Notes under the pieces: generated by a model
What the model was told of the DNA's origin: nothing
What the model saw: only the letters and a program-made list of their open reading frames with translations
Database searches by the model: none
NCBI GenBank assembly: GCA_977017645.1
Contig: OZ360246.1
Coordinates: forward strand, 23,932,001 to 23,996,000
Direction: 5' to 3'
DNA length: 64,000 bases
Source: Torpedo marmorata
Taxonomy: Eukaryota
Shown here: piece after piece, positions 36,202 through 49,599 of the stretch
Numbering within the stretch: position 1 is the stretch's first letter
Layout: every line of letters starts with the position of its first letter
Made by a program: the position numbers and the translations under genes

Positions 36202-37651
36202 AAAAACCTTTCACCAGGCTTTGCGTGTGGAAGTGAGTGGGGAAGGAGGTGAGGAGCAGAACTTCTCAGCTTGTCAGGACCATTCCTGCTGAAGTCCGTG
36301 CCCCATACCCGATAGAACAGACACCAGCAAACCCATTCACGTCCTGACCTGCAGGATGCCCACTAAATCTTCCAGCACCAACTATGTGAACGTTCCTCGG
36401 TCCTCACTTCCTGCCAATCATCACATCATACCCAACAACGTCGCTGCCAAAAGCTCCCAGGGATTTATAGCTAGACCCTGCTTGGCATCTTCAAGCAGCC
36501 TGGGCGATTTTGTAATTGGAGATCGCATTTTACCAACACGATTGCAATGAGTTAGGAAGTGATCCAGTGGACCCCAGGGGTCTTCCCTATTGTGTGGCAC
36601 AGGGGTGATCCCAGGCAGAGCAAGTTGAATCAGGTATTAGCATTATTTGAGTTCGGTCTCTGACAGATGAATGAGATTAGTCTCAGAGCGTGGGGTAAGG
36701 GACATTAATCACCTCCAGGGAAATAAATTCCAATCCTATTGCAACACAGAGAATTTAAATTCAAATTATTAAATACACACAGAATTTTAAAATATCTACT
36801 GTCAATAATATTTAACAGAAGACTATTGGATTGTTGTAAGAATCCATCTGTTTATCAATGTCCTTCTGTGAAGGAAATCTGCCACCCTGGTCTAGCCTTT
36901 AAGCGACTCCAGACCACTGCGTGCAATTGACCATTAATTCTCTGAAAAGTCTATAACTTGAATAAAGCAAAACAGCAACTGATGTTGCAACTTTTTCTGA
37001 AAGGAGATTGCTGTAATGTGTTCACATCCACAGTTCAGTTCCTCACCGATCAAGGCACAGACATGGTTTCCTTATGTGGAATCGATACCGTGCAGCAAAG
37101 TTCCATAAAAATGAAACTGTAGTTGTTCCCTATATCTTTGGAAACTTTCATCTATTTCTGACAAAGTTAGAGGACACCCACGTTTAACAGTCGAGTGAAT
37201 TTTCTGTGGCATTGGTCAAGGTGAGTAAACCTGTTGTTTGAGAGAGAGCTGCTGGGTTGTGAGGTGTAGTCTCCAGGTAAACATTCACAATGTGATTGGA
37301 AATAAACTTTTCAGGAGCAGAGAATAGCCGACTCATGAGGAAATGCTTACTGAGTACTGGGTGGTTTGGGAACTGACATCTGGGCTGGATCAGGCTGGCA
37401 TTTCAACTGGCGTTTGTGACAGGGGATAATGTTGTTTGGCAAAGGTTATGAGAGTGAATGGTTATAATGCTGGTGGTTGGTGAGAAGAAGGGTAATAGAG
37501 CTGGCGTTGTGAGGAGAATGCACAGGGAGAGGATAGGAATAAAGATCTTTCTCAAGAGGGTAGCCAGTGCCTAGTGGGGCACTGCAGGCATCAGTGCTCA
37601 GGCTTCATCTATTCATGTGATACACAGGATGAGGAACAGAAGGTGTTACAT

Positions 37652-37910
37652 TGAAATTTAAATTTAGACATACAGCAAGGTAACAGGCCCTTTCGGCCCA
37701 CAAGCCCGTGCCGTCCAATTACATCCAATTGACCTACAAACCCCCGGTATGTTTTGAAGGGTAGGAGGAAACCGGAGAGCCCGGAGGAAACCCATGTAGA
37801 CACGGGGAGAATGTACAAACTCCTGACAGACAGTGCGGGATTCAAACCCCGGACCCAATCGCTGGTGCTGTAACAGCATTGTGTTAACCACTACGCTAAT
37901 CGTGCCGCCC
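37652..37910 (-). mobile_element. V-SINE
   Basis: Reverse complement of the family. Confidence 0.85.
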
Positions 37911-38357
37911 GATGATGTTAAACTGAGAAGTATGAATTGCAAAAAAATGTGACATATCCACTTTGACCAGAGTATAGAAAGGCAACATATTATTTATTTT
38001 AAAAAATGTTAGATTATAAAATGCTGATGAACAGGGCCACTTGGGTATTGTGGTACACCAGCCACTGAAGCAAACGTGCAGGTGCAGCCAGCGGTTGAGA
38101 GGGCAAGTGGTACGTGGGCCTAGGCAGCAAGAGGATTTGAGTCCAGGAGCAAGGTTGCCTTGCTACAATAGTGTAGGGGCCTAAGACTGCACATGGAGTA
38201 AGGTGAACAGTTTCATTCTCCATACCCCAGAGGGAGTGCAAAGGCTTATCAGACTGATTCCTGCTGTACGATGTACGAGAGATTAGATCAACTAAGCAAT
38301 GCACAAATTGCTGGAGGAACTTAGTGGGTCAGGATGCATCGATGGAAGGCATTAGAT

Positions 38358-38766
38358 TAGGGGTTGATATCGACCCCTGGGGGTCGATGGGACAATCCAA
38401 GGGGGTTGAAAGGGTGTCGATAAATGGCGGGGGGAGTCGATTGAACTTTTGTGGTCGAAAGCAGGGGCGTCTACGGAAAATAATGCCTATGGCAGTGGTA
38501 GCCAATCTCTCGCAAGAGCTGGCCTTGGTGGCTGCCATGTTGTATTGGCTTCGGTCTCTTAATAAGTAGAGAGCGAAGAACTGATGGAGCGGAGAAGGAG
38601 GTATATGTCCAACACCGCCGCCGCCGCCAGCCCACCCCCCCCCACCACCACCACCCCCCCGTCCGTCCGGCGCCGCCAAACACCCCAAGGATTCCATGCC
38701 TTAGGGTCGGTGAGGGATCAAGGATTCCATGGAGGGGTCGATGGTCTAAAAGTTTGGGGACCCCTG
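38358..38766. mobile_element. Non-autonomous hAT element inserted in a Penelope inverted pair
   Basis: Perfect 8-bp TSD cattagat; right end reads CAGGGGTCCCCAAACTTT on minus; left end TAGGGGT; repeated subterminal GGGTCGAT motifs. Confidence 0.85.
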
Positions 38767-41700
38767 CATTAGATCGTCAACGTTTCAGGCCCGAACCCTT
38801 CAGGATTCCCAAGGAAGGGTTTTGGGCCAAAACGTCGACTGTCTATTGCCTACCATAGATATCTGCCTGACCTGCTGAGTACTTCCAGCCATTTGTGTGT
38901 TGCTCATGTTCCAGCATCTGCAGTCTCTCTTGTTCACCATGAGTCAACTAAGTTTGGATTCACTATAGTTTAGAAGAATGAGAGGGGATCTAATTTAATC
39001 TTAGCTCATGACACAGGAGGCCATTCAGCCTGTTGGGTCCATGCTACCTCTCAGAGCAATCCCATCAGTTGCATTTCTCCACACATTTCCTTGCCACCTA
39101 TCAACGGACACACCCAATTCTCCCAACACTGACCGGAGCACCCCTGGGGAAATCTGAACAGTCACAGGGAGAGGGTATAAGCTGCACCCAAACAGTAGCA
39201 TAGGTCCGGATTGAACCGGGATTGCCATTGCCGCAAGTCGGCTGAACAACTGAAAGTTATGAGGATTCAGACTGGGCTAGACAGACTGGCTGGAGCATCT
39301 AGAAGGAAGGGCCAGTCTCAGGGTATGGGGTGAGAATTTGGAGCAGGATGAAAAGCGATTTCTTCACGTGGCGGTGAAGTTGTGGAATTCACTACCACAG
39401 AAGACAGTGGAGGCCAAGAGGTGAATGGATTCCTGGACGTAAAAGGCTTCAAAGAATATGGAGATAGAGCAGTGGTTCTCAACCTTTCTTCACCCACAGA
39501 CCACCAATGATGGGGCTGGTGAATTTGAGCCCCATTCCCAGACCACTGATGGGATTTTTGTTTTGTGTTGGTGGGAAATTTTTTGAGAACTTCTGTTTTT
39601 TGTTCTTCAAATGTACAACCTTGTTTAAGATGTTACTTGTTTATTACATCAGCGATATTTGACTTCAGCTCATCACTGCGAACTACCTGTAACAAACTCA
39701 TGAGACCATCATTATTCCGTGGACGATTGATTGAGAAATACGAAATGCAGACAAATGGTATGAGCTCCAGTTGACAACTTCGTCGGCATGTTCAGGTTGG
39801 GGTGAAGGGCCTGTTATTGTGCTGTAGAACTCTCTGACTCTAAACAGTGCTAGAGGATCAGACCTGAGCGTATTAAAGGGCAGTGGGGCCCTTATTTTCT
39901 CCACCACATCTGATAACTGTCTCTGTAGCCAATAACTATCTCCAGATCAGAGAAAAACATCAGGAAAGAGTAGGCGAGAGGTTGAAGCCACAGTTGTTCC
40001 TTCACCACACATTCTAATCCAACCCCATGAAATCCTCAGCTCATATCTTTTTGCCTCCTGTGATGTCAGCCTATATTGAAGAGTTAAAGGTACCACCCTG
40101 GCTACATGCTGACACTGTACCCAGAGCAACATCACTCGGGATACAAGTCAAACTCAGTGCAACAGCTTTTTCTGTGGGAAGTGAATATGGACATTGGGCA
40201 CCCTGGCACTTTACCTGGGTAACTGGTGTTTTTGAACGTGACCTTGGGTTTTGATGAATGTTTCTCTCCCTCCTATTCCTTTCCCCTTTCCCTGCTCCCC
40301 ACCCCCAGTAAAGTTACAAGTTGCTGTGTGAGCGAGGCTCTCTGGACTAGATATACTACACAACTCCCTGATTGTGGCCACAAGCCACTTCCCTTGGGTA
40401 ACAGAGAAGAGCACCAGCTTACCTACCAACAGGACAATGAGGGTTTTCTGACAGGAAACAGTGACCCATGCCCACCGCCCAACCTCACCAGCTTCCCTGA
40501 CCTGCATAACAGCAGGCAGAAGGTGGTGATGAGATCACTGAAGCTCCATTTACATTACACAGATGCTTCTAAAAGGAAGGAGTTGGACTGTCAAGTCCTG
40601 GAGTACCTCCATGACAGAAGGCATCTGCCAGCATCTGGGTCTCTGCCACAGAGCTGTGCATCTGCTGAAAAATCCCTCCACAGCTGAAGCAGTGTTTTGA
40701 TTCCACTTGCGTCTGTTATGAATCATACAAGCAAACTTCAATAGCTTTAGGAAGCTTTGATGGTCCGAAGCCATCCTTCTCAAAGATAATTTTAGCATTA
40801 TTTCTGGGTCCTATTCTCACAGAGATCCTAACAAAGGTGGCTCAGCGTAAACAGTGCTGCAGAAGAATCACGCCAGTGAGCGTGTTCACACCAGGCAACA
40901 AGGAGCTAGTTCAGCTGTATCCACCTTCCAGCTCTCAGTCCCTGGCCTTGTAGGGTACAGTTCTACAGCTCTTCATCCAAGCAGCTTTTTAATTTGGGGG
41001 GAGTTTTTTCCCTCCACCATCCTTTCTGGCAGGCTATCTTACTCCTTTCACCAACTCCCCTCTTATTCTACCAATTACCTCAAAAATATGACCATGGCTT
41101 ATTGACCTGCCTGCTGAGGGAAATGGTCCTTCACCCTCTCCAGAGCCTCTCGTACACCTCGGTTATATCTCCCCCTCAGTCTTCTTTGTTCTACTGGAAA
41201 TGATCCCTGCAGCTTCCAAAAAAGCAAGTTTCTTCCGCTCCCGCCCCCACGTCGGTACATTCTCCTCCTACTGCCCCTCGTATCGGGGATGGGAGAGCAG
41301 GCACTGTGTGGAATCTGAATGTGCAACAATGCGTGGTGAGAAATGGAAACTTAACCACAGTTCCTTGGCCCTCACCTCTGCTTATTGCGGTTAATGAAAG
41401 AGATGAGTAGAATGTGACAGAGAGGTAACAACTATTTTTCACGATAACTTCCTGCTGAACAACTCTTTTCAGCTCCTTAATAGAACCAAAAAAAAAAATT
41501 GAGCTGCAAAAGTTCAGTACAAATCGAATCTTAACCAGCTCCAAGGACCTAGGCTGGAAGAGACGAAGGTGTGTCCCTTCCTATTTCTGCAACATTATCT
41601 GTTTGTATTTTCTATTTCCACTCTCAATATCAGTCACCCCTTTCATTCAGGTTGTCAAAGATCAGGAGCTTGAATGTGATACTAAATGGTTTGAATAATA

Positions 41701-42032
41701 CAGTCAAAAAGAATAAAGTTCACCAGATCCTCACGTGTTCTACCCTGAGAGAATATTCACACTCAAGGTGGTAAGGCCACAATGAAACATTAAGGTGAAA
41801 CTTAATATCGTTCAGTTATTCCAAGACGTGCTGCAGAAGAGTCAAATCTAATTATTTACAACATTTGAGTTAGACTGTGCAGTGAACAATCTGCTTGTGT
41901 AACAGGAAATAAAGTATCTAAAACTTACAGTGGAACAAGATAAAAGGTCTAAAAAACCCCAAGTACAGTACTGCATCAAGGTGCTACACCGAGGTGCAAC
42001 GCTTGGGTTCGGTGCTTCCTATTTCTACACAT

Positions 42033-42043
42033 TAGCCAATCAC
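42033..42043 (+). promoter_or_regulatory. CCAAT (NF-Y) box, candidate promoter of the GPCR
   Basis: tagccaatcac in repeat-free sequence upstream of the predicted first exon. Confidence 0.35.
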
Positions 42044-42218
42044 AAGCATTTGTTTGGTGCCTTTTCTATTTTCAGAAGTCAAATGCTGCAACTCATTTGC
42101 CAGTACTGAACTGTACCAAAGAAAATTACCTCCTCGGTATAGTTAAGGCACTGCCACTGCGAGGAATTGTAGGGTTCAAATCTGACTCAACTGCAGAGAC
42201 ATTGTGGAGGAAAGAATT

Positions 42219-42232
42219 ATGAGCTATACTTG
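42219..42232 (+). CDS. Probable first coding exon (MSYTW) of the LPAR6/P2Y-like GPCR
   Basis: ATGAGCTATACTTG|gtgagt is a consensus donor, phase 2, and joins in frame to the acceptor at 43251 (TG+G = W). A CCAAT box lies about 180 bp upstream. Confidence 0.65.
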
Positions 42233-42559
42233 GTGAGTGTTAAATATATTCCTTTCCATTTATTATATGCAACATCTAGAGAGTTAAAATTACAATCTTC
42301 TCAGAAAAAAAGTGATTTGTGTAAAGATCTGAAACTGCAAAGCAACTGGTGCCCTTTCTATCAGTGTCTTGACCTCAGATAACAAACTTTTTGTAAAAGG
42401 AAGTTGTATATCAAAATATTTTATTTTACTTCACTGACTCAATTATATGACATCAGTGTTTGCCACCTTTCTATGCACTAACGTGATTTTTGGATAGAAG
42501 AGTAAATGAGATGGAGATTACATCTGTTTGGAAACAATCTATGGCTTTATACTTTAACT

Positions 42560-42853
42560 CAGTGGTTATCAAACTTTTTCTTTCCACTCACATACCACCT
42601 TAAGTATGCCATAGGTGCTCTGTGATTAGTAAGGGATTGCTTAAGGTGGTATGTGAGTGGGGAAAAAAGGTTGAGAACCACTGCTCTGGACCCAATTGTT
42701 ACTGAAATATTTTGCTTGAGAAAAATTGTCATTGGCCCATTTCCTTTGGAGTTATGAAACCGTGCACATATCGAGTCAATTAGGTACGATTAAAACAGTG
42801 GTTTTCAAACTTTTTCTTTCCACTCACATACCACCTTAAGTAATCCCTTACTA
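42560..42853. mobile_element. Composite hAT MITE (unit, spacer, partial unit) in the GPCR intron
   Basis: Full unit at 42560-42683, a spacer of about 110 bp, then a truncated unit from about 42796. Confidence 0.75.
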
Positions 42854-43250
42854 AAATTGTTTACATTGTCCCAATCCCAGCTTGTCCTATGAATAAAATG
42901 GCTGTTTGTTCCTGTCAGAGAGAGCACTTCAGAACTATTTCCTCTGACTATAAAGTCATTTGGGAATTTTGTAAATGCTCAACAATAACTGGAGGTCTTT
43001 CTTTCTTTCTAGAATAATCATTCAGCCAGCCGTTTGCCGACATTTACCCTTTTACCAAAACTGCACTGTGATTCCCCATCACAAACTTAACAACAACTCC
43101 ATTTGTCTCCAGTTATGACAGTGAATCTCTCCCTTTCATTGCATTCATTTTAATGAATCAAAAATGATTTTTTCTTGTTTAAGAAGCATCGTCAGTTCCT
43201 CATGGATAAGTTTCTCTGTTAATGTTTTATCTTTGCTCTTACACCTCCAG

Positions 43251-44286
43251 GTTACCTGAACATTACCTTAATAACAGCACGACAAAGTCCACACCGGTAC
43301 TGAGGGACAAAAACATGGACAGCTTGAGACCACCTTCCTCAGCCATGAACTGCAGTTACGAGGCTCACTTCCAGTACTACTTATTTCCAGCAGTCTATAC
43401 CATTGTGTTTGTTGTGGGTTTGATCGGAAACGTCTCAGCCCTGTGCATATTTATAAAGGAAACTAAGAAGGCCTCTCCATCTTTCATCTACATTGCAAAC
43501 CTGATTATCGTCGACCTCATTTATATTTGCACCTTGCCCTTTAGAATCCATTACCACTTAAAAAAGAATAACTGGTTCTTTGGGGACATAACTTGTCGGA
43601 TCACAGGGACCTTCTATTTTGCCAACGTTTACCTCAGCGTAATTTTCCTCAGCCTGATCTGCATGGACCGTTATATCGCAGTGGTCCACCCCAGAAAATA
43701 CATCAGAATGAGGGGCACAAACTGCTCACTGGTGACCTCAGCTCTCGTGTGGGCGATGGCCTTGGCCATCATGCTTCCATTAATCTTTGGTGGCTCGCTG
43801 AACAACCTCTGGACAAACAACACCACGGCTTGCTTCGAGAACTTTGACTTTGAGACTTGGAACAATAGAATGGCGGTGTATAACATAATGCCATTCCTCT
43901 TTGGCTTTTTCCTTCCATTTACAATTATTATTATACTTTACCCCTTGGCAGCCAAGAAAATATCCCAGCTTAAAAGCAGTGTCCACAAGAAAAAGGCTTT
44001 CACAATGATATGTATCATTATGGTGATCTCAATTCTTTGCTTTGTCCCATTTCATATTACCCACTTACTCCATTTCCTTGCTCGCATGAACTTTATTCAA
44101 AACTGTGCTTGCAAAAGCTTTCTCTACAAGACCCGGAGGGTTACCATGGCCTTGGTTAGCCTCAACTGCTGCTTGGACCCTCTGATATATTTCTTTGCAA
44201 CCAATAAATTCAAGACAAGTTATAGAACAGGTGGGGGATCACTTCAAAAGGTTTACAGCATTGCTTGGCATCGAACTGAGAGCTGA
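43251..44286 (+). CDS. Class A GPCR of the P2Y/LPAR6-like (delta) group, main coding exon; 349 aa with the upstream exon
   Basis: Seven hydrophobic segments; GN in TM1, LPF in TM2, WFFG..C in ECL1/TM3, DRY.AVVHP, CFENF in ECL2, CFVPFH in TM6, NCCLDPLIY in TM7; N-terminal NxS/T sequons. The track ATG at 43222 lies in the polypyrimidine tract before acacctccag|. AATAAA at 44547. Confidence 0.93.
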
Positions 44287-45182
44287 TATCAATGGCTGCT
44301 TGACTTGGGCTCTGAGGAGATTGTCCTTGCTGAGTTTTGAAACCTCAGCAGCCATTTCCTGTGTTCCTATTGCAGTGTGTGCGCGCTGTTTGCCCAGAAA
44401 CCACAGCACTGCACTTGGTAAAAAGACACCTAGTTCAATTTCTGACGACTTTCCTATCCTTGAATCACTGCAGTTGAATTTGTCAGAAGTCAGCACCACT
44501 TGGCTGCACTCAAATATCCCAGCTAATATGCATGAAGAAAACCGGTAATAAACTAATTACTTCCAGTATGAAATTTAATTTTATTTGTTAGCTCATCCTG
44601 GATTTTTTTTTTTTCACAATTTAAAATAATTTGTACGTTGCTCATATTCAGTAAGACTAAATACCATTTCAGATAAAACAGATACAGTAGAGGGATTGAG
44701 AAGTTAAATAATTATTTACTTTGATAGAGGTGTGCAAAACAAGGAAGATTGCCTTACTTAGGCTGAACCATTTAGGGTTTTGATAGGATGATCGGGATAG
44801 GATGTTCCGAAGATCAGGAACTTGTTTGCCCCAAAAGCTGGTGAAACTGGAAGACAATTGAAAACGTATTGTTGAGAATGGGAATGGGAAAATTGGTAGA
44901 CTATAGATGTAGGCACTGTCAGATGCAGACAAGCCAGGATCTGACTGAATGGCCTTGTCCATCTCCTGACACAAAATATTAATCAGTGATGTTTCAATTA
45001 AGAAAATACTGGCATGATGACAAACAACGTGGAACTAAAGAGAGGAAGGAAAGGAATCATTTGCAGCTCTTCCAAAACCAAAGCTAAATATTGTGGATGC
45101 CGGGAACATGAAATAAAAGCAAAGTGCTGGAAATACTCAGCAGAGAGAGCTGCAGTGGCATTTTTTTTTTCTTACATTAATC

Positions 45183-45372
45183 TTTTTAAAATTTAGACAT
45201 ACAGCACGGTAACAGGCCCTTCCAGCCCACAAGCCCATGCCGCTCAAATACGCCAATACCTCCACGCAGACACGGGGAGAACGTACAAACTCCTTACAGA
45301 CAGCACCGGATTCGAAAGTGGGTCGATGGCACTGTAATAGCGTTGCGCTAGCCACTATGCTAGCCATGCCAC
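45183..45372 (-). mobile_element. V-SINE, internally deleted, inside a Penelope terminal fragment
   Basis: Reverse complement of the family. Confidence 0.8.
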
Positions 45373-45825
45373 CTTGCCTGACCTGTTGAATATTTCCAGT
45401 GCTCTGTTTAAATGATGCCAATTTGATTATAATATCTATAGTCTCCATTTTCCTCAATGGTCAAAATATGAGTGGAGCAGTGGTTTAAAACAGGAATGAT
45501 GACCCCTGAATACATACACTGCCACCCCACCCTGACTTCCCCAACCCTCTGAACATTCAAAAAAAAACTGTAGCTGATGTAAATCTGAAAAACAAAAACA
45601 ATGGAAAAACTGGAAATGGTTAGAAGGTCAAGCAGCATCTATAGTGAAAGAAAAGTAGTCATCATTTCAGGTCAAAAACCCTTTGTTAGACATGAAAAGT
45701 GAAATGTTTCTCTTTCCCCCATATGCGACCTGACCTATTGAGTTTATCTAGCATTTCCTGACTTTATTTTTGGAAACACTCGAGTCCATACAAAAATGCA
45801 GACGTGGTGCATTAATCCTGGCATT

Positions 45826-46588
45826 ATGGCGGCGCTGCTGGAGCCACTGTAACGGCAGCGCTGCCGCGGACCCACGGGGAGCGAGGATAGTTAACTGCCG
45901 TCAGCTCCGCACAGGCTTTGAACGGCCCGTTAAAGGAGCCAAAGGTAGTTTTATTTAAAATCCCGCGACCGCGGGGTCTGCGCCCAAGATGGCGGCACCT
46001 ATGATCGGCAGCAGCCATGAGAGGTTGCAGACTCCAGGGGAGCAGAGGACTGGCGCAGGGCACCAGAAAACGGGGAGACCACCACCCCCCCCCTTTTGAG
46101 AAGGAGAAGCAGAGGAGGCGACCCATGGGACGGTGACCATGGTGGCGGACCAGTGAGGGGGCTCGGCAGCTGAAAGACCCATGCATGCAGCAGGCTGCTG
46201 GCGACTCGAGGCGGGGAACCCGCAGAGGCTGCGGACTGCTGGAGACTGCCTCAAAATTGGCTGAAGGGGTACCAGGTATCGGAACCGGGATGCGAGGGGG
46301 TGCCGAAGGGTTCCTGACCGTGTCGGAGGTTCGGATCTGGAGCTCGGGTTGCCAATGGTTTGGACTGGACTCTGTGTGGCTGCGGAAGCGCTGGAGGCAA
46401 ATCTACGGACACTCGGTGACTCGGGAGGGGGGGGGGGGAACGACACTCTCTTTTGCTTCTCTTTCTCTGACTGGAAGAGGCGCTTCAGGCAATTTCTGCC
46501 GATGGCAAATCTGTCTGCCTTACAGCAGGCAAAAGCAATTTCATGTAATATGACACTTTTTATTACATGACAATAAATTGAATCTTGA
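45826..46588 (+). mobile_element. GC-rich non-autonomous retroelement, near full length
   Basis: Homologous along its length to 47955-48760 and 6718-7212. Contains CAAGATGGCGGC. Ends catgacaataaa + (gaatctt)n. No recognisable ORF. Confidence 0.75.
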
Positions 46589-47954
46589 TTTGTTTTGTCA
46601 AACAGCCTGTTTTTGTGCTGAATATTAGCAGGTTCATGAGAGATGACCTGTAAATATCCCAGCACCCTTCTGCAAATAGTATCTTTCTACTAGTAAGATC
46701 TGCAAACAGGAACTATTCAATCCCGTTCAAACTGTAACACAATTGACGGATATTTCTCTCCCAACACTATCCCTACAAATATAACACATTCTGATGCTCC
46801 CTGTGCCTAATATTTCTACCTTGTCCTCACTTGCAAATATTAAGCTTCCTGGGGATATAATTTGAAAATATCAACAGCTCCTTGGAGTTCACCTGCAAAA
46901 ATTGACATACTTTTGAGGACCCTTTATCTTCATCTTTAAACAGTATGTCAGCTAACGGGGGAAGATTCTGCTATTGCAGAAAACCTTTCTTTTGACACTG
47001 CAGTTACGGAAATAATGGGTTATTGAATCAACAAAGCTGCTGATGATGAATGGAAATCTGCCTGCCTGGGATTATTGTGTGAAGTGGCTGTGGTGTGAGC
47101 ACTAAAATTTGAGCACCGATTTGCAGAATATTTGTTAGAATTTTGTGGTTAATTGTGAAGAATTTGTTACAAAGTTATCCTCTGCAGCTTAAATAAAAAT
47201 GATTTTAATCACCTTCCGGGACCCTGAAATCTTTTTATGGGCATTGGTGAATGCAACAATATCCAGATGTATACAATGATTTGTTCACTATTAAAATATA
47301 ACACCTTGTAGAAACAACCTGGCCACTATGCTTGGTAGATTACTTATATTATTGCACTGCAATACAGACCTTAGTTAGAAGTGCTAATTTAGTTTCATTT
47401 CCAGAGGAATTTCATTCCAACTCCAGCCCTCAAAATGTATCTTTTTAAGAAAAATATACCGGTAACTTTTAGAAAAAGATCACTTTTGATGCAGTATTTT
47501 CAGTGTGCTCCTTTTGGATATTTATTTGCCCCAAAATCTTGTTTTTTCTGTTTTATTCTCAAAACATTTCAGCGTCAAGGGTCATTGAAAAATAATCTGG
47601 AACTTGAAATAACTTTTATCGTCTTTATGGCTCGGGATGTACTTTTTCAGGTGATATGACTACATGTCCATGCCCTCCTGCTTTAGTGCCACTTGCTCAT
47701 GTTAGGCCCATACCCCTCCAAATGCGTAATTATCCAAGTGTTTCTTAAAGGAAGCTAATGTACCTGCTTCTACCATTTTGTCTGGCACCTTGTTCTATGT
47801 GCCCCCCACCCTCAATGAATAACTGTCCCTTCATGTCCCTTCTAAATCCTACCCCCCTCGCCCTCTTGTCTTAGATTCTCCTACACGAGGAAACAGATTG
47901 TCACTATTCATCTTGTGTATGCCCCTCATAATTTTATACACCTCAAGAAAAAAA

Positions 47955-48760
47955 ATGGCAGCTCTGCCGGAGCTGCTGTAACAACAGCGCTGCTGCTGAT
48001 GTGGACCCAGGAAAGCAGAGAGCAGAGATACAGCGCTGCTCTGAAGGGTTCAACCACCTCGTTCTAATGCTGGCAGCTCCGAAAAGGAGTTAAAACAGCC
48101 TGTTAGAGGAGCTGACTGTTTTTAAACTAAAATCCTGCAACCACGGGTCTGTGCCCAAGATGGCGGCACCTGTGCTCAGCAGCAGCCACGAGGTGTTGCA
48201 GACTCCAGAGAGCAGTGAACTGGCGCAGGGCACCAGAAACAGGAAGAACACCCCTCCCCTCCAGTTGAGAAGGAGAAGCGGAAAGGCGACCCTACAGGAC
48301 AGTGACCACAGTGGTGGACCAGCGAGGGGCTCCGCAGCTGAGGGACTCACACAGGCTGCGGGGGACTTGCAGTAAGAGGACCCACACGGGCTAAGGGGTG
48401 CAGGAGACTGGCTCATGGAAACCATGTATCGGAGCCAGGATTCAAGGGGCTACTGAGGGCAAGAAGAGCTCCCAAAGGGCCTCAGGCGCTGAAGGCTTCC
48501 TGATTGTTTGCATCTGGAGCTCGGGTTGCCGATGGATCAAACAGGAGTCTGTGCGGCCGCAAACGCTGTGGGAGCACTGTAGGCGAGTTCACGGACACTT
48601 AGTAACTCTGAAGGGATTCACTTTTGCTTCTCTTTCTCTCATTCCGTAAGGGGCGCCGGGCAATACTAATGGTGACTCTGTCTGCCTTATGGCAGGCAGA
48701 AAGCAATTTTGTGTAATATTACATGTTCTGTACTTTTACATGACAATAAATGAATCTTGA
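47955..48760 (+). mobile_element. GC-rich non-autonomous retroelement inserted in a CR1 fragment
   Basis: Same head and tail as 45826-46588. The flanks rejoin as minus-strand CR1 sequence (ttttatacacctc / ataagatcccct). Confidence 0.75.
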
Positions 48761-49599
48761 ATAAGATCCCCTCAAAATCTATGGTCCAAGGAAAACAGAC
48801 CTAGTTTTTCCAGTCTCTCACAACTTCCCTGATCCCAGCAACAACGTTGTATATCTCTTCTGTATCTTTCAAACTTTATAATATCCTTCCTATAACTGGG
48901 AAACCAGAACTGCACACAAATAATCTAAGTGTGTAAGCTAAGATCATAGTCAGTACTCTATAAAAGAGGCAACAGATGGACTCCAACAAAGAAGACATGC
49001 TAATCTGCTAAAGTATCTGATCTCCATCATCTGTTTCAAAAGTTGTCGATACAATGCTCTTTTAATAATGGAAAAATACCATGCTTCAATTGTGTCAGAG
49101 ATTCATCTTCTCCCTGTCTTTGAAGAGAAGTTGATGAAAAGATAGAGACTGAGACACAGACTTCTGGAGACTTTTGAAACCTGCCAGGTACCTAAACTAA
49201 AAAAGTTTCTATCTGGCCCAGAAAGTGAGAAAATGAGTGAGGAACAGATAGAAAAATCAGGATAGTGTTTCTATTTGTCACATCAGCCCAATCCAGTACA
49301 CACTGGGCAAAACAGCACAAGAGAGTGGGGAATTTTAAACATTCGTGTTTTCCACAGCCCCTTCTGTGCTGTAAAATCAGCACAAAATATTAGCAGGTTC
49401 TTGGGAGATAACCCTAAATATCCCAGCAAGGTTCAGCAAATAATACCTCCTTTCTGAAGTTGTCACATCATGTTTTTTAAATCCAGAAATAAAATTTAAC
49501 AAGAACATAAGAAATAGGAGCAGGGAGTGAATCTGGAATGCACTGCTTAAAGGTTGGCAGAAACAGGTTCAATAATAAATTTCAAAAAGGTAATCAAAA

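Noticed and set aside
40226-40687. 153-aa ORF between PUSL1 and the GPCR
   Set aside because: Non-ATG start, no domain or homology recognised.
43222-43250. Track start MFYLCSYTSR for the GPCR
   Set aside because: Lies in a polypyrimidine tract ending in a strong acceptor; better explained as intron.
45955-46665. Long overlapping ORFs in GC-rich elements (also 6780-7300 and 48090-48649)
   Set aside because: Frames are not conserved between copies; expected from stop-poor GC-rich repeats.
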